Both the position numbers and the translations under genes were made by a program. From the NCBI GenBank assembly GCA_016704325.1, contig JADJAG010000005.1:135860-199859 (forward strand): a DNA stretch of 64,000 nt. The letters are read 5' to 3'. The notes under the pieces were generated by a model. The model made no database searches. It was not told the origin of the DNA and saw only the letters and a list, made by a program, of their open reading frames with translations. This DNA is from Chitinophagaceae bacterium. GTDB lineage: Bacteria > Bacteroidota > Bacteroidia > Chitinophagales > UBA10324. Positions 19,738 through 29,729 of this stretch are shown here, one piece after another; position 1 is the first letter of the stretch, and each line of letters opens with the position of its first letter.

Positions 19738-20281
19738 TTGCTGATCCGATTGAATGCATGTGTGTTAATTTTTTAAATAGCCATTGTTTGGCGCGTGCAT
19801 ACTGAGAACGCGAAGTGCTTTCTCCGATATCCAGCATCTCGCCGATTTCTTTATGGGAATAGCCTTCTATCGCGTAGAGGTTAAGTACGGCACGGTAACC
19901 GGGCGACAATTGCTGAATGAGTGCCATGAGTTCCGCATTCTCCATTCTTTCCAGGGCATCCAGTTCTTCGGCGCTTTCTTCCTTTGCAATCGTAATTTCA
20001 AATTCCGCCCTGAAATTTTTCTGGCTCTTGATGTAGTTAAGTGCGGTAGTCACCATGATGCGCCGCAGCCATCCTTCCAGGGAACCATCGCCACGAAAAT
20101 CTTTCAGGTAACGAAATACCCTGATGAATCCTTCCTGTAACACATCCTCTGCTTCATGCACATTCTGCACATAACGATAGCATACCCCGAGCATAGGTGG
20201 GGCAAAGCGGTCGTAGAGTTGTTGCTGAGCCTGCGAATTGCCGGCCAGGCAGCAATTCACCAGCTCGAGGTCCGGGTTCAT
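19712..20281 (-). CDS. ECF-type RNA polymerase sigma-70 family factor.
   Basis: Region 2 is DVLQEGFIRVF. Region 4 is LSPGYRAVLNLYAIEGYSHKEIGEMLDIGESTSRSQYARAK. Confidence 0.9.
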   Translation of the reverse strand: MNPDLELVNCCLAGNSQAQQQLYDRFAPPMLGVCYRYVQNVHEAEDVLQEGFIRVFRYLKDFRGDGSLEGWLRRIMVTTALNYIKSQKNFRAEFEITIAKEESAEELDALERMENAELMALIQQLSPGYRAVLNLYAIEGYSHKEIGEMLDIGESTSRSQYARAKQWLFKKLTHMHSIGSANGRTGSGK

Positions 20282-20374
20282 ATGAACAACTTTCGCCAGC
20301 GTTTTTTTGTGAGGTAGACAACGGTGCCGGCGCTAATGCTGCATGTCAAAAGTAGACATGATATTTTGATCCTT

Positions 20375-20922
20375 ATAATAGAAAGATTGAATGGATGTAC
20401 TACAATTAGTACTTTCTGAAAAGTGGAAAAATCAGCGCTAAGACGCAAAGCCGCCAAGACTACCTCTTAGCAGCTTTTCGCTTAATAAGCTTTTTTACAA
20501 GGAAGTATAATATAATAGAAAGATTGAATGGGTGTACTACAATTAGTACTTTCTGAAAAGGGGAAAAATCAACGCTAAGACGCAAAGCCGCCAAGACTAC
20601 CTCTTAGCAGCTTTTCGCTTAATAACCTTTTTTACAAGGAAGTACATTATAATAGAAAGATTGAATGGGTGTATTACAATTAGTACTTTCTGAAAAGGGG
20701 AAAAATCAACGCTAAGACGCAAAGCCGCTAAGACTACCTCTTAGCAACTTTTCGCTTAATAACCTTTTTTACAAGGAAGTACATTATAATAGAAAGATTG
20801 AATGGGTGTACTACAATTAGTACTTTCTGAAAAGGGGAAAAATCAGCGCTAAGACGCAAAGCCGCTAAGACTACCTCTTAGTAACTTTTCGCTTAATAAC
20901 CTTTTTTACAAGGAAGTACATT
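20375..20922. repeat. Tandem array of four 137-bp units.
   Basis: Unit starts (ATAATAGAAAG) are at 20375, 20512, 20649 and 20786. Each unit contains GGGTGTACTACAATT, which resembles the MITE terminus, and GCGCTAAGACGCAAAGCCGC(C/T)AAGAC. Confidence 0.9.
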
Positions 20923-21184
20923 TTATCGTAACCCAAAGAAATGATGTTCTTTAATGCGATCAAGGGATTAAAGCATCGTTCCAATACATTTCGAGTGAGT
21001 AACTTTAAAAGGACGAACCTAAGCACAGTGGAATAGTTGGACGATTTAGAATAATTTGCCAATAATTTTTTTGACGATTAACATCAGTAAAGGAGCGGCA
21101 GGCGTTTCCATTATTGATTGATGCGTATTTGCTTTAAATGAAGTTGAGCTGCTGTGATTCGCTCTTTCTGTTTAGAAGGGTATC

Positions 21185-21215
21185 AAAAAAAACTGCCCAC
21201 CGGTTTAGTGGGCAG
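21185..21215 (-). terminator. Rho-independent terminator downstream of the T9SS cargo gene.
   Basis: The minus strand reads CTGCCCAC-taaaccg-GTGGGCAG followed by TTTTTTTT. Confidence 0.65.
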
Positions 21216-21240
21216 TAGCATAAATTTAAAGAAGCGCCTC

Positions 21241-22844
21241 TTACTGTATGATAATTTTAGAAGTGAATTGTTGATTTGGTGAAGACAATTGCAAAAGGTA
21301 CACGCCATCAGGCAATTCGTTTCTGTTTAAATTAACAGAGGTTTGATGAGCAATCTGTTGTTGAAAAACTACCCTTCCTGTAATATCCATAAGTTTCAAA
21401 ATTTCAAATTTGCCATTGAAACGGACAGTGGTAAAATCATGAAATGGATTAGGTGAGATAGTTATTTCAACTGCTTCAAATTCCGGTTGGTTTGCAGAAG
21501 TGATCGTTCCGTTCTTAAAGAGATCAATGATAGATTGTACGGAGTTTGAAAGTGCCAATCTTCCCTCCCCATCTTCATCGCTGCCATTGTAAGGCAAAAA
21601 GTTATAGACGAAATCAAGGCTTATTACTCCTTGCGACAGAAGATTAAAAGGGCCGATAGAACCAATCATTCGGATATCAGTAGGATCGAGGTTGGCATTC
21701 CACCACCAGTTGGAGGGCTGACCTGAAACAGAAGAGTCGGAAGTGCCGGGGAAATAGAAATCTACTGTATCGGCACCCTGATACCCATCTGGATTTAAAG
21801 AATCAACAGCAAGGGTGATCCGTCTTTCCATATTGCGCGGAGGTAATCATAATAGTCGTCGCTTGTTTCAGGATTTCCAAGCACCGAAAAATCGTTGTGG
21901 TAACCGATTGATTTAGTAATTGGATGACTGAGCCAGGTAGCTGCCAATGCAGGCGGGTCAACTCCATAAGATGGATTTCCGCAGGAAATGTCTCCGTCAA
22001 TAGAATCCTGGTTAATAACAAAAATGGTGTTCTTTGCCACATCGGTACCAACATAATCGTCGGCATAACAGCCGAGATCAAAATCATTCCACAATCCAAA
22101 ATACAGGTCGTGATAATTGTTACCTGACTTGTTTTTGAGTGTATAATTAAAGAAGACAGAATTTTCCAGGAGTAGATTTGTAGCAGCATTAAAAGCATAT
22201 GCCATGCCGTGTACTTCAAATCCCAAAGGGAGGGCATTGGTTTCTGTATGTGGAAGGGCCAGGTCGTTAAATATAAAATACACTGCCTGGTCGCCATAAA
22301 TAGCAGGATAGTCGCCGGCTGAAGGTTCGTAGATGCCATTGTTGTTAAGGTCTGCAAATGGCGCCATGATCGCATCAAAACCTGCCGGTCCGTTGCCGGG
22401 CCAGTTTGCTATACGCTGTGGCACTACATATCCTGCATCGGTATAGTGTGTTTTATGATGTGCTATCTCTGCTTTGCCGACTTTCCAAAGTTGATCCCAG
22501 GTTTCTATATCACCGGCCGCACCATTTGTTGCAATCGGTCCGGGAAAAAAATCATCGCCTGTCTGACGATAGGTAGATGCGGCGAGATGCAATTGACCAC
22601 CGTCATCCAAACCTCCCATCCATAGATTCGCTGCGAAGGTCGCATGAACACCTCCACCTTTCGGGGCTTCGAATCCATTGTCATAAGGGAATTGTTCAAA
22701 CAATGTTCCATTAGAGTTGATCATTGCCCTGATGTTTCCGGTATCTATTGTTTCTGTTGCATCGTATTGTTGCGCATGAAGCGCATCCAAAATGAAAAGG
22801 CAGCATAGGGTCGTAATTATTTTTTGCAGCGTAATAGTTTTCAT
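21241..22844 (-). CDS. Secreted protein with a T9SS type A (Por) C-terminal sorting domain. As assembled it is frameshifted at the G-run 21813-21815.
   Basis: A signal peptide is present (LFILDALHAQQ). The C-terminus is ISPNPFHDFTTVRF...DITGRVVFQQ...LPDGVYLLQLSS...KIIIQ. Adding one C on the coding strand gives AIWKDGSPLAVDSLNPDGYQG. Confidence 0.8.
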
Positions 22845-22934
22845 GATAATCAGTTTTAGTTGTTAATGAATAAACAGATGAACCGGTTTCGTTGTATTGA
22901 TTCATCAACTAAATCAAATGTTGCCTGCTTTTTT

Positions 22935-24422
22935 TCAGAATGAATATTTAATACCGGTATTCAGTCCGAACTGATGTAATCTTTGTTCAACCGGTGCAGC
23001 ATCCGTAGTGATGGGTTTTAGTTGCCATTGAAAATAGGGTTCTGCGAATATGCCAAAATGCTTATTGAAGCGATACTCATTAATTACACCGGCATAAAGA
23101 CTCAGTGATGCACGGTTGCGGAAAAAGGAAGCGCTGTTTTCAGGCAGGTTAACCGGTTCCAGGGTTTGTGGGTCTATGCTGCTTCCCTGTTTTGTAAATT
23201 TTGCATTGATGACCACACCGGATTGAATACCAATTTCAAATTTATTCAGTTCCCATGCATATCCCAACAGCAATGGAACATTCAAATAGGAATAGGTAAT
23301 AGAAGAAGCATAAGTGGCCATTGAATCGCGGGACGTAATAATCGTATCGCTGAAAAAAACATATAGCGGATCTTCGAATGGAGACCAGATAGTATAATAA
23401 TAACTGCTGTCAAGTATTACCGGCACTTTCCAGGCTTTTTGCATGGTAAAGGATGATTGCTCTTTAGAATACGTAATACCGGATTTCAGGAATACGCCAC
23501 CGTCAAAATTCAATGCAAAGCGCAAGCCTGCAGTAAACGATTTTTCCATGCGCTTGTTCCAATTGGTAAGCGTGAGTGAATCACCATCGATATCTGTGAG
23601 TTGCTGGAAAGCAAGGTCGGGGGAGAAGAAGGCTTCCACCGATCCATGCAGGCCCCAGGAAGTGGGAGAGATTTCTATCGCCGCTGTTGAATCAATTACT
23701 TTGTTTGAAGAAGGTGTAGTCAGGGATGATTTTTTTAATGGTGTTGCATAATTTTCTTTATACAGGTAATTTGAGTTAACCGGTAAGGAGGAAATCGAAA
23801 ATATTTCCGCGTTTTGTCCGGCTGACTCTGTTTTTGAATTTGTAATACCTGCTGAATTTGAATCTTCTACATTCATCATATTCAAAAGCGCTGCTGGTGT
23901 AGCAAATGTTGCAGGTATTTCATTTGAATTATTAGATGTGTTTTTGAAACTGCCAGAGTAATTGATTTCATTTGAAATATCAGGTGTTGCCTGCTTTTGT
24001 GATGCAGTTGTTGTTTCTGATGGTTGTTTGTTAGATTCTTTTTTCCGGACTTTGTTTTTTTCTGCATTATTTAATTGCTGAGCAGATTGGCTATTCTCTG
24101 CTTTGACGGGTTGGTTAATTGATGTAATGCTATTTGATCCTGTTGGATAGGATAATTTAGTATCAGTTGTGCTTTGTTCCCTGTTGTTTACTAAATTTTC
24201 TATTGCCGGAGTGGTGTTGTTTCTTAAATAGGTACAGGTAAATGGTACCAGCAGCAAAAGCAAAAGCCATAAGCCGCGGCTTTTTTTGCGAAGTGCAACC
24301 ATCCATTTTCTTTGTTCCCTTTTCTTCATTGCAGCATTAAAAAGGTCATCAGATACAGGTGATTCCAACTCACCCAATCTTTCCCTGAGCTTTTCATCCC
24401 AATTTTTGACAGGTGTTTTCAT
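22935..24422 (-). CDS. Anti-sigma-like single-pass protein with a C-terminal beta-barrel-like domain, a paralogous architecture to 18319..19737.
   Basis: There is a 4-bp ATGA overlap with the upstream sigma gene. The TM segment is GLWLLLLLLVPFTCTYL, the linker is rich in N/S/T, and the beta-rich C-terminus ends in ...GIKYSF. Confidence 0.55.
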   Translation of the reverse strand: MKTPVKNWDEKLRERLGELESPVSDDLFNAAMKKREQRKWMVALRKKSRGLWLLLLLLVPFTCTYLRNNTTPAIENLVNNREQSTTDTKLSYPTGSNSITSINQPVKAENSQSAQQLNNAEKNKVRKKESNKQPSETTTASQKQATPDISNEINYSGSFKNTSNNSNEIPATFATPAALLNMMNVEDSNSAGITNSKTESAGQNAEIFSISSLPVNSNYLYKENYATPLKKSSLTTPSSNKVIDSTAAIEISPTSWGLHGSVEAFFSPDLAFQQLTDIDGDSLTLTNWNKRMEKSFTAGLRFALNFDGGVFLKSGITYSKEQSSFTMQKAWKVPVILDSSYYYTIWSPFEDPLYVFFSDTIITSRDSMATYASSITYSYLNVPLLLGYAWELNKFEIGIQSGVVINAKFTKQGSSIDPQTLEPVNLPENSASFFRNRASLSLYAGVINEYRFNKHFGIFAEPYFQWQLKPITTDAAPVEQRLHQFGLNTGIKYSF

Positions 24423-24955
24423 AAGGCAGTCACCTCCTTGTGACTCAGCTTTGCGCGGAGCGCTTTGCGTGCTTTAAAAAATTGTGTTCTGGATGTTGCT
24501 TCTGTTATTTTCAACAGACCGGCAATCTCTTTATGACTGTATCCTTCCAATGCAAAAAGGTTGAATACAATGCGGTAACCTGCCGGCAGTTCAGCAACGA
24601 GTTCGAGCAGTTCTTGTGCAGCATAGTGATCAATCAGTGAAGGATCTTCAGGCTCTGCGGTTACTTCATCGAGCGAAGCATTTTCATACTTAACATGTGA
24701 TTTGCGAAGGTGGGCCAAAGAGGTATTCACAAAGATGCGACGTATCCAGCCTTCAAAAGGGCCCTGATTCCGGAAGTCGCCGATGTGATCAAATAGCTTG
24801 ATAAACCCTTCCTGCAATACATCCTGGGCATCTTCCCTGTTACCGCAATAGCGGATACATAAGGTCATCATGCGGTTAGCAAAACGATTGAAGAGCGCTT
24901 GCTGGCAGCTACGATTCTCTGTAATGCATCCTTGAATCAGTTCATCCAGTTCCAA
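24419..24955 (-). CDS. ECF-type RNA polymerase sigma-70 family factor.
   Basis: DVLQEGFIKLF is present, together with LPAGYRIVFNLFALEGYSHKEIAGLLKITEATSRTQFFKARK. Confidence 0.9.
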   Translation of the reverse strand: MELDELIQGCITENRSCQQALFNRFANRMMTLCIRYCGNREDAQDVLQEGFIKLFDHIGDFRNQGPFEGWIRRIFVNTSLAHLRKSHVKYENASLDEVTAEPEDPSLIDHYAAQELLELVAELPAGYRIVFNLFALEGYSHKEIAGLLKITEATSRTQFFKARKALRAKLSHKEVTAL

Positions 24956-25164
24956 TATTGCAGTATTTCCTGTGTAAGAGGATGCATTAAGGTATGAAAA
25001 TGTTGCCTGGGGGAAATAGTTTTATTGCTGCGGCTAATACTTCTAATAGGATCCAACTATCCAGTTAAATAAACCATTTTATGATCACAGAAACCGATTA
25101 AACCACGACCTGTTCAGCGCTCCGGGCAAGAACTGACAATCAGCAGATCCTAATCACAGGTGTT

Positions 25165-25908
25165 TCACAAATGGCTTTCCACATAAGTACGGTATGATGG
25201 TTTGGCCGGTGACTCAATCATAAAGAGGGTACTTGGTTCTGAGCAATTTAATTCAATAGCATCGCTGTCTTCCAGCTTAAAAAAGTCTTCTTCATTCAAA
25301 TGTTCCATTCCAATCTTCAATGCTCCTTCCATTATAAAGATGGAATAGATGGAAGTTGGTGTAAGCGTTAACTGATGCTTTCCTGTTTCAAGTATAATTT
25401 TTTTGATATTAACACCTTCCGTATCCATTGCAATAGGTGCGCCTTTGCCTTTAAAGACCACGGTGCTGATTCCATTTTTCTTTTCAACCGGGAAATTTTC
25501 ACCCATGTAATCGTCATAAGTAGCTGGCTGTTGCATCGAATGATCGAGATTCGGATCAAACCATATCTGGAAGATGGCAGAACCGGGAAGCAGTTTTTCT
25601 GCATGGGAAATACCATTGCCGGAACGGATGATCTGTACGTCACCGGCTTTCAGTTTCAACCACGTTTTATTTTTGGTGTCGTAATGTTCAATCTCACCTT
25701 TCAGCACAAAAGAAAGGATTTCAAAACCCTGGTGCGGATGTAATCCGATGGTGCTGCCTTTATCGCTCCAGGCATGGGCCCAATAAAAAAGATTTGAGTA
25801 TGGAAAGGTTTGCGCCTTTTGATAGAACACCGGTCTTTTTTCCCGTACGGCGCCGCCATTAAACTGGCCATCTGCCTGGTCTTCTCTTCGAATAATTTGG
25901 GTTGTCAT
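25165..25908 (-). CDS. Pirin family protein.
   Basis: GLHPHQGFEILSFVLKGEIEHYD is a cupin metal-binding motif typical of pirins. Confidence 0.85.
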   Translation of the reverse strand: MTTQIIRREDQADGQFNGGAVREKRPVFYQKAQTFPYSNLFYWAHAWSDKGSTIGLHPHQGFEILSFVLKGEIEHYDTKNKTWLKLKAGDVQIIRSGNGISHAEKLLPGSAIFQIWFDPNLDHSMQQPATYDDYMGENFPVEKKNGISTVVFKGKGAPIAMDTEGVNIKKIILETGKHQLTLTPTSIYSIFIMEGALKIGMEHLNEEDFFKLEDSDAIELNCSEPSTLFMIESPAKPSYRTYVESHL

Positions 25909-26077
25909 AGTGAATTTATTTTACCCGTTGTTAAACAGCTATTGTGGTTATTAGTTCAATCTATTTCTCTTACTTTGTTTACGGTGGAATAAAAATAAAC
26001 GCTTAACCGTTTCCTGAAAATGGGCTTACGGTATCCTGTTCTTATTTATTTTATTTTTGACCCATACCCATTTTATT

Positions 26078-27346
26078 ATGATTGAAACATTGATGAGCTT
26101 GTTGTTTATTATCGGTTATGCCGTTATTTCATTTGAGCATCCTTTAAAGATCAATAAGACAGGTACAGCAGTCTTATTGGGTGTGGTGATATGGACGGTG
26201 TACATTCTGACTACCCAAACCGGTACAGCAGCTGTAACGGATGAATTGAGCCATCACCTGGCATCTATTGCGGAGATTCTCTTTTTTCTGATGGGCGCCA
26301 TGACGATTGTGGAACTGATTGATACGCACCAGGGATTCCGAATCATCACCAGTGTCATCAAAACCAATTCAAAAGTAAGGTTACTATGGATCATTAGTAT
26401 ACTCACCTTTTTTCTGTCTGCTGTACTGGATAACCTCACGACTTCCATCGTTATGGTTTCGCTTATCAGGAAATTGGTAGATGACAAAAAGGACAGGCTT
26501 ATGATGGCCAGTATGATCATTATTGCAGCCAATTCCGGCGGCGCCTGGAGTCCGATTGGTGACGTGACCACTACCATGCTTTGGATTGGAAGCAGGGTGA
26601 CAGCCGGTAATATTATCTCTGAATTATTTGTGCCCTCCCTGGTAAGTTTGTTAGTTCCTTTGATCTATCAGTCATTTTTCCTCAAAGGATCATTTCGTAA
26701 TGCTGGCATGCATGAAAGGCAACAACCTCCTGTACCATTTTCAAACACTATTTTCTTTCTTGGTATCGGCGTATTAATTTCAGTGCCTTTCTTCAAAACC
26801 ATCACACATCTTCCACCTTATATGGGTATCTTGTTTGGACTTGGCTTGTTATGGGTGATTACGGAGATTTTGCATGCAGGCAATGAAGAGCGAAAACATC
26901 TTCGCGTTACCAGTGTGCTGGCAAAGATTGATCTGTCCAGCATCTTGTTTTTCCTGGGAATCCTGCTTGCTGTTGCCGGACTTGAATCGATAGGATTGCT
27001 GAATGCTACGGCAAGCTGGCTGGATACAACGGTTGGTAACAAAGATGTTATTGTAACGATTCTGGGCTTGCTCTCTGCGGTGATTGACAATGTACCCATG
27101 GTAGCAGCTACTATGGGCATGTATTCATTGCAGGATTTTCCAACAGATCATAAGTTGTGGGAGATGATTGCCTTTTGCGCCGGAACAGGTGGCAGCTTAC
27201 TTATTATTGGTTCTGCCGCAGGCGTAGTGGTGATGGGCATGGAGAAAATTGACTTTATCTGGTACCTGAAAAAAATCAGTTTTACTGCTTTGCTGGGTTA
27301 CCTTGCAGGTGTGGGTACTTATCTTCTGTTGTATCAATTATTTTAG
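26078..27346 (+). CDS. nhaD: NhaD/ArsB-family Na+/H+ antiporter. I prefer the ATG at 26078 to the track's TTG at 26057.
   Basis: It is a polytopic membrane protein with LSAVLDNLTTSIVM and LSAVIDNVPMVAA, the duplicated motif of the NhaD family. Confidence 0.8.
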   Translation: MIETLMSLLFIIGYAVISFEHPLKINKTGTAVLLGVVIWTVYILTTQTGTAAVTDELSHHLASIAEILFFLMGAMTIVELIDTHQGFRIITSVIKTNSKVRLLWIISILTFFLSAVLDNLTTSIVMVSLIRKLVDDKKDRLMMASMIIIAANSGGAWSPIGDVTTTMLWIGSRVTAGNIISELFVPSLVSLLVPLIYQSFFLKGSFRNAGMHERQQPPVPFSNTIFFLGIGVLISVPFFKTITHLPPYMGILFGLGLLWVITEILHAGNEERKHLRVTSVLAKIDLSSILFFLGILLAVAGLESIGLLNATASWLDTTVGNKDVIVTILGLLSAVIDNVPMVAATMGMYSLQDFPTDHKLWEMIAFCAGTGGSLLIIGSAAGVVVMGMEKIDFIWYLKKISFTALLGYLAGVGTYLLLYQLF

Positions 27347-27387
27347 ACTTGTTCGGAAATGACAACCACCTATTACCGGACAGACAT

Positions 27388-28290
27388 ATGTTGAAAATAG
27401 CCTTTGCTCCTGAATATGTTTTGCCTTTGCCGGTAAATCACCGCTTCCCCATCAGCAAGTATGAATTGATACCATTGCAACTCCTGCATGAAGGAACAGC
27501 GACAGCGGATAATTTTTTTGAGCCAAAGATCCTTGACCCTGAAATTGTTGCACTCACACATACGCGGGCGTACATTCAACGGTTGCAGAACCTGGAGATG
27601 ACAGCATCGGAAATGAGGAAGATCGGATTTCCGCAAACACCTGAATTGATGAAACGTGAATTCATCATTGCAGGAGGTACCCTGGAATGCTGTGAGTTTG
27701 CCGGGCAGTTTGGCGTTGCATTAAATGTGGCCGGTGGCACCCATCATGCATTCGCGGACAAAGGAGAAGGATTCTGTTTGCTGAATGATTGTGCAATTGC
27801 TGCTAACTATTTATTGCACAAAAATAAAACGGAGAAGATATTGATTGTCGATCTCGACGTGCACCAGGGACAAGGCACAGCCAAAATATTTGAACGGGAG
27901 CCTCGTGTATTCACCTTTAGCATGCATGGTAAAAACAATTACCCGTTGCATAAAGAAAAATCAACACTGGATGTTGAATTACCAGATGGAATGATTGATG
28001 AAGATTATTTAGCATTGCTTTATAATCATTTACCGGCTATCATTGATTCATTCCAACCTGATTTTGCATTTTACATCAGTGGTGTTGATATTATTGCCAC
28101 CGATCGCTTCGGTAAACTGCATGTTTCGATGGAAGGATGCAAGCGGCGGGATGCCTTTGTTTTTGAAACGATGAAGAAGCACAATATTCCAGTAGTGGTA
28201 TCGATGGGTGGTGGTTATTCACCGGATATCAGGGAAATATTGGAAGCGCATTGCAATACCTTCAGGATAGCAAAGGAGATTTATCTGTAG
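27388..28290 (+). CDS. Histone deacetylase-family (acetoin utilisation/HDAC-like) zinc hydrolase. I prefer the ATG at 27388.
   Basis: The motifs GGTHHAFADKGEGFCLLND, LIVDLDVHQGQGTA and SMHGKNNYP are present. Confidence 0.85.
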   Translation: MLKIAFAPEYVLPLPVNHRFPISKYELIPLQLLHEGTATADNFFEPKILDPEIVALTHTRAYIQRLQNLEMTASEMRKIGFPQTPELMKREFIIAGGTLECCEFAGQFGVALNVAGGTHHAFADKGEGFCLLNDCAIAANYLLHKNKTEKILIVDLDVHQGQGTAKIFEREPRVFTFSMHGKNNYPLHKEKSTLDVELPDGMIDEDYLALLYNHLPAIIDSFQPDFAFYISGVDIIATDRFGKLHVSMEGCKRRDAFVFETMKKHNIPVVVSMGGGYSPDIREILEAHCNTFRIAKEIYL

Positions 28291-28322
28291 GCTGCAAGTA
28301 CCGGTTAGTGACTTTAAACATT

Positions 28323-28685
28323 CTAAGTCGCATTTAACTTCTCCAACTTCTTCACCTTCTCAATAAACTCTTTGGCAAACTGCCTGATGTCGTCACTCAG
28401 TTCTTTGTTTTTGGTGGCGCGGAAAAAGGTATCACCCATTGTGTTCAGGGTCTGGTAGAAAAACAGGTTCATTTCAGGAACGGTCATGTCTTTCGTCCAG
28501 ATGTCGATACTCATGCCGGTCTTTGCCTGGTGATCCCATAAGGCCAGCAGCATGGCATTGGATTGATGCCTGCCTGGTTCGGCATCAGTAGCTTCCCAGT
28601 TAATTTGTTCCGGAATATTGCTCTTGTCAAGCCCGATGGTAAGATGGATGGTGCTTACCCGGGCCGGTTTTTTCTCTTCACTCAT
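28323..28685 (-). CDS. gldC: Gliding motility protein GldC.
   Basis: The 120-aa product has ...MLLALWDHQAKTGMSIDIWTKDMTVPEMNLFFYQTLNTMGDTFFRAT..., which closely parallels Flavobacterium GldC as I recall it (WD.K.....DLWTKDM.V.EM..FF.QTL..M.DTF.RAT). Confidence 0.8.
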   Translation of the reverse strand: MSEEKKPARVSTIHLTIGLDKSNIPEQINWEATDAEPGRHQSNAMLLALWDHQAKTGMSIDIWTKDMTVPEMNLFFYQTLNTMGDTFFRATKNKELSDDIRQFAKEFIEKVKKLEKLNAT

Positions 28686-28748
28686 GTGGTATTATCTTTT
28701 GGCAAAGGTGTTGAAATATTGGCAAATGGTTCTTTTGTCTAGTCAACA

Positions 28749-28943
28749 GGGTGTACGACAATTCATGCATCTTGTCAAGCAATGGTTGGTGGGTTAAATG
28801 GTTAAATTGCTAAATGGTTAAATTGTTGCGGCGAAGCCGATTACTTGGCATTCTGTAATCACTACCCTGCTTTACTCACTTACTCAAATACTTAATACTC
28901 AAATTCAACACCCAATAATCTATATCCAGTTTGTCGTACACCC
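28749..28943 (+). mobile_element. MITE family A, 195 bp, with terminal inverted repeats GGGTGTACGACAA / TTGTCGTACACCC.
   Basis: The 13-bp terminal repeats are perfect. The interior has (GGTTAAAT)n, the hairpin GCGGCGAAGCCG and ACTCAAATACTTAATACTCAA words. It is roughly 90% identical by eye to the reverse complement of 56538-56739. No clear target-site duplication is visible here, and another repeat abuts its right end. Confidence 0.8.
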
Positions 28944-29120
28944 TCCTCAGCAGGAAAGAAAAACGGCACACGGATGACACAGAATTGACTGACAACCACA
29001 GATTAGTAAAGTGTTCAATCAGAATACTCTTTACAAATGATCTAATAAATCCGTATGAATCCGTATGATCAGTGTTATCCGTGTTCTATTTCTTAAATCT
29101 TCATCTACTGAGTAGTTACA
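28944..29120. repeat. Family B dispersed repeat, copy 2, inverted relative to 13363-13541.
   Basis: Its reverse complement aligns along its length with 13363-13541, and it directly abuts the MITE at 28943. Confidence 0.8.
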
Positions 29121-29729
29121 AATTATTGAAGATTTTCCTAACCTGATTTTTTTGATTACAACGGACACAGAATATTGGAAATGATAGATTTATAACCACT
29201 GTGAACACAAAGGTTGCTAAAATCGAACTTCATTTGTCCAAGACGAATATGCTTTGGATATAAAAAACTTTGTGTTCTCCGTGCAAAATTTCCATAACCA
29301 CTATGGATGATTTTTTTGCCTCCTGTTTTCTGCTAAGCCCAAAAACCATTTAGGGAAATTCGTTAACAGAAAGTTAACCGGTCAGACATGGTTTATAAGG
29401 TATAAAAGGATTTTTGAGATACTGTCCAAAAACTTTCCACACTCAAAATAGCTGATCTTCAAGGGTGATTTTCCGATTCCCGCATTATATCCACATTTCC
29501 GCCCACTAAATAGTGCAATTCACATTTACAGGTGCATAAAATCGAGTCGTAATGTTTGATTAAAAAGGAATTCAATTTTAATCTTGTCTTAGCAAAGTAC
29601 TGCCGGCCTGACTTGTTGCTGATTGCTGTTTCGTTCACTCCACTCAATTTTTAATACCGTCATTTTAAAGAGATAACCGATTCTACCTGACCAATTTATC
29701 CCATTACAAAAAAAACTGCACACTAACTG

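Noticed and set aside
20375-20922. Possible CRISPR array: regular 137-bp periodicity here, and 87-88-bp periodicity at 60656-61020.
   Set aside because: The whole unit is repeated, including the would-be spacer segments, which are homologous between units. There are no unique spacers, no short conserved repeat alternating with variable DNA, and no cas genes in the window. These are tandem repeats.
29131-29729. A cobalamin riboswitch or NrdR boxes upstream of nrdB.
   Set aside because: The only B12-box-like string (AGTCAGGCCGGCAG) is on the wrong strand and is incomplete. The palindromes present (for example CACTAAATAGTG) have CAC-N6-GTG spacing, not the 16-bp NrdR-box layout. I kept only the observation that the leader is long and structured.
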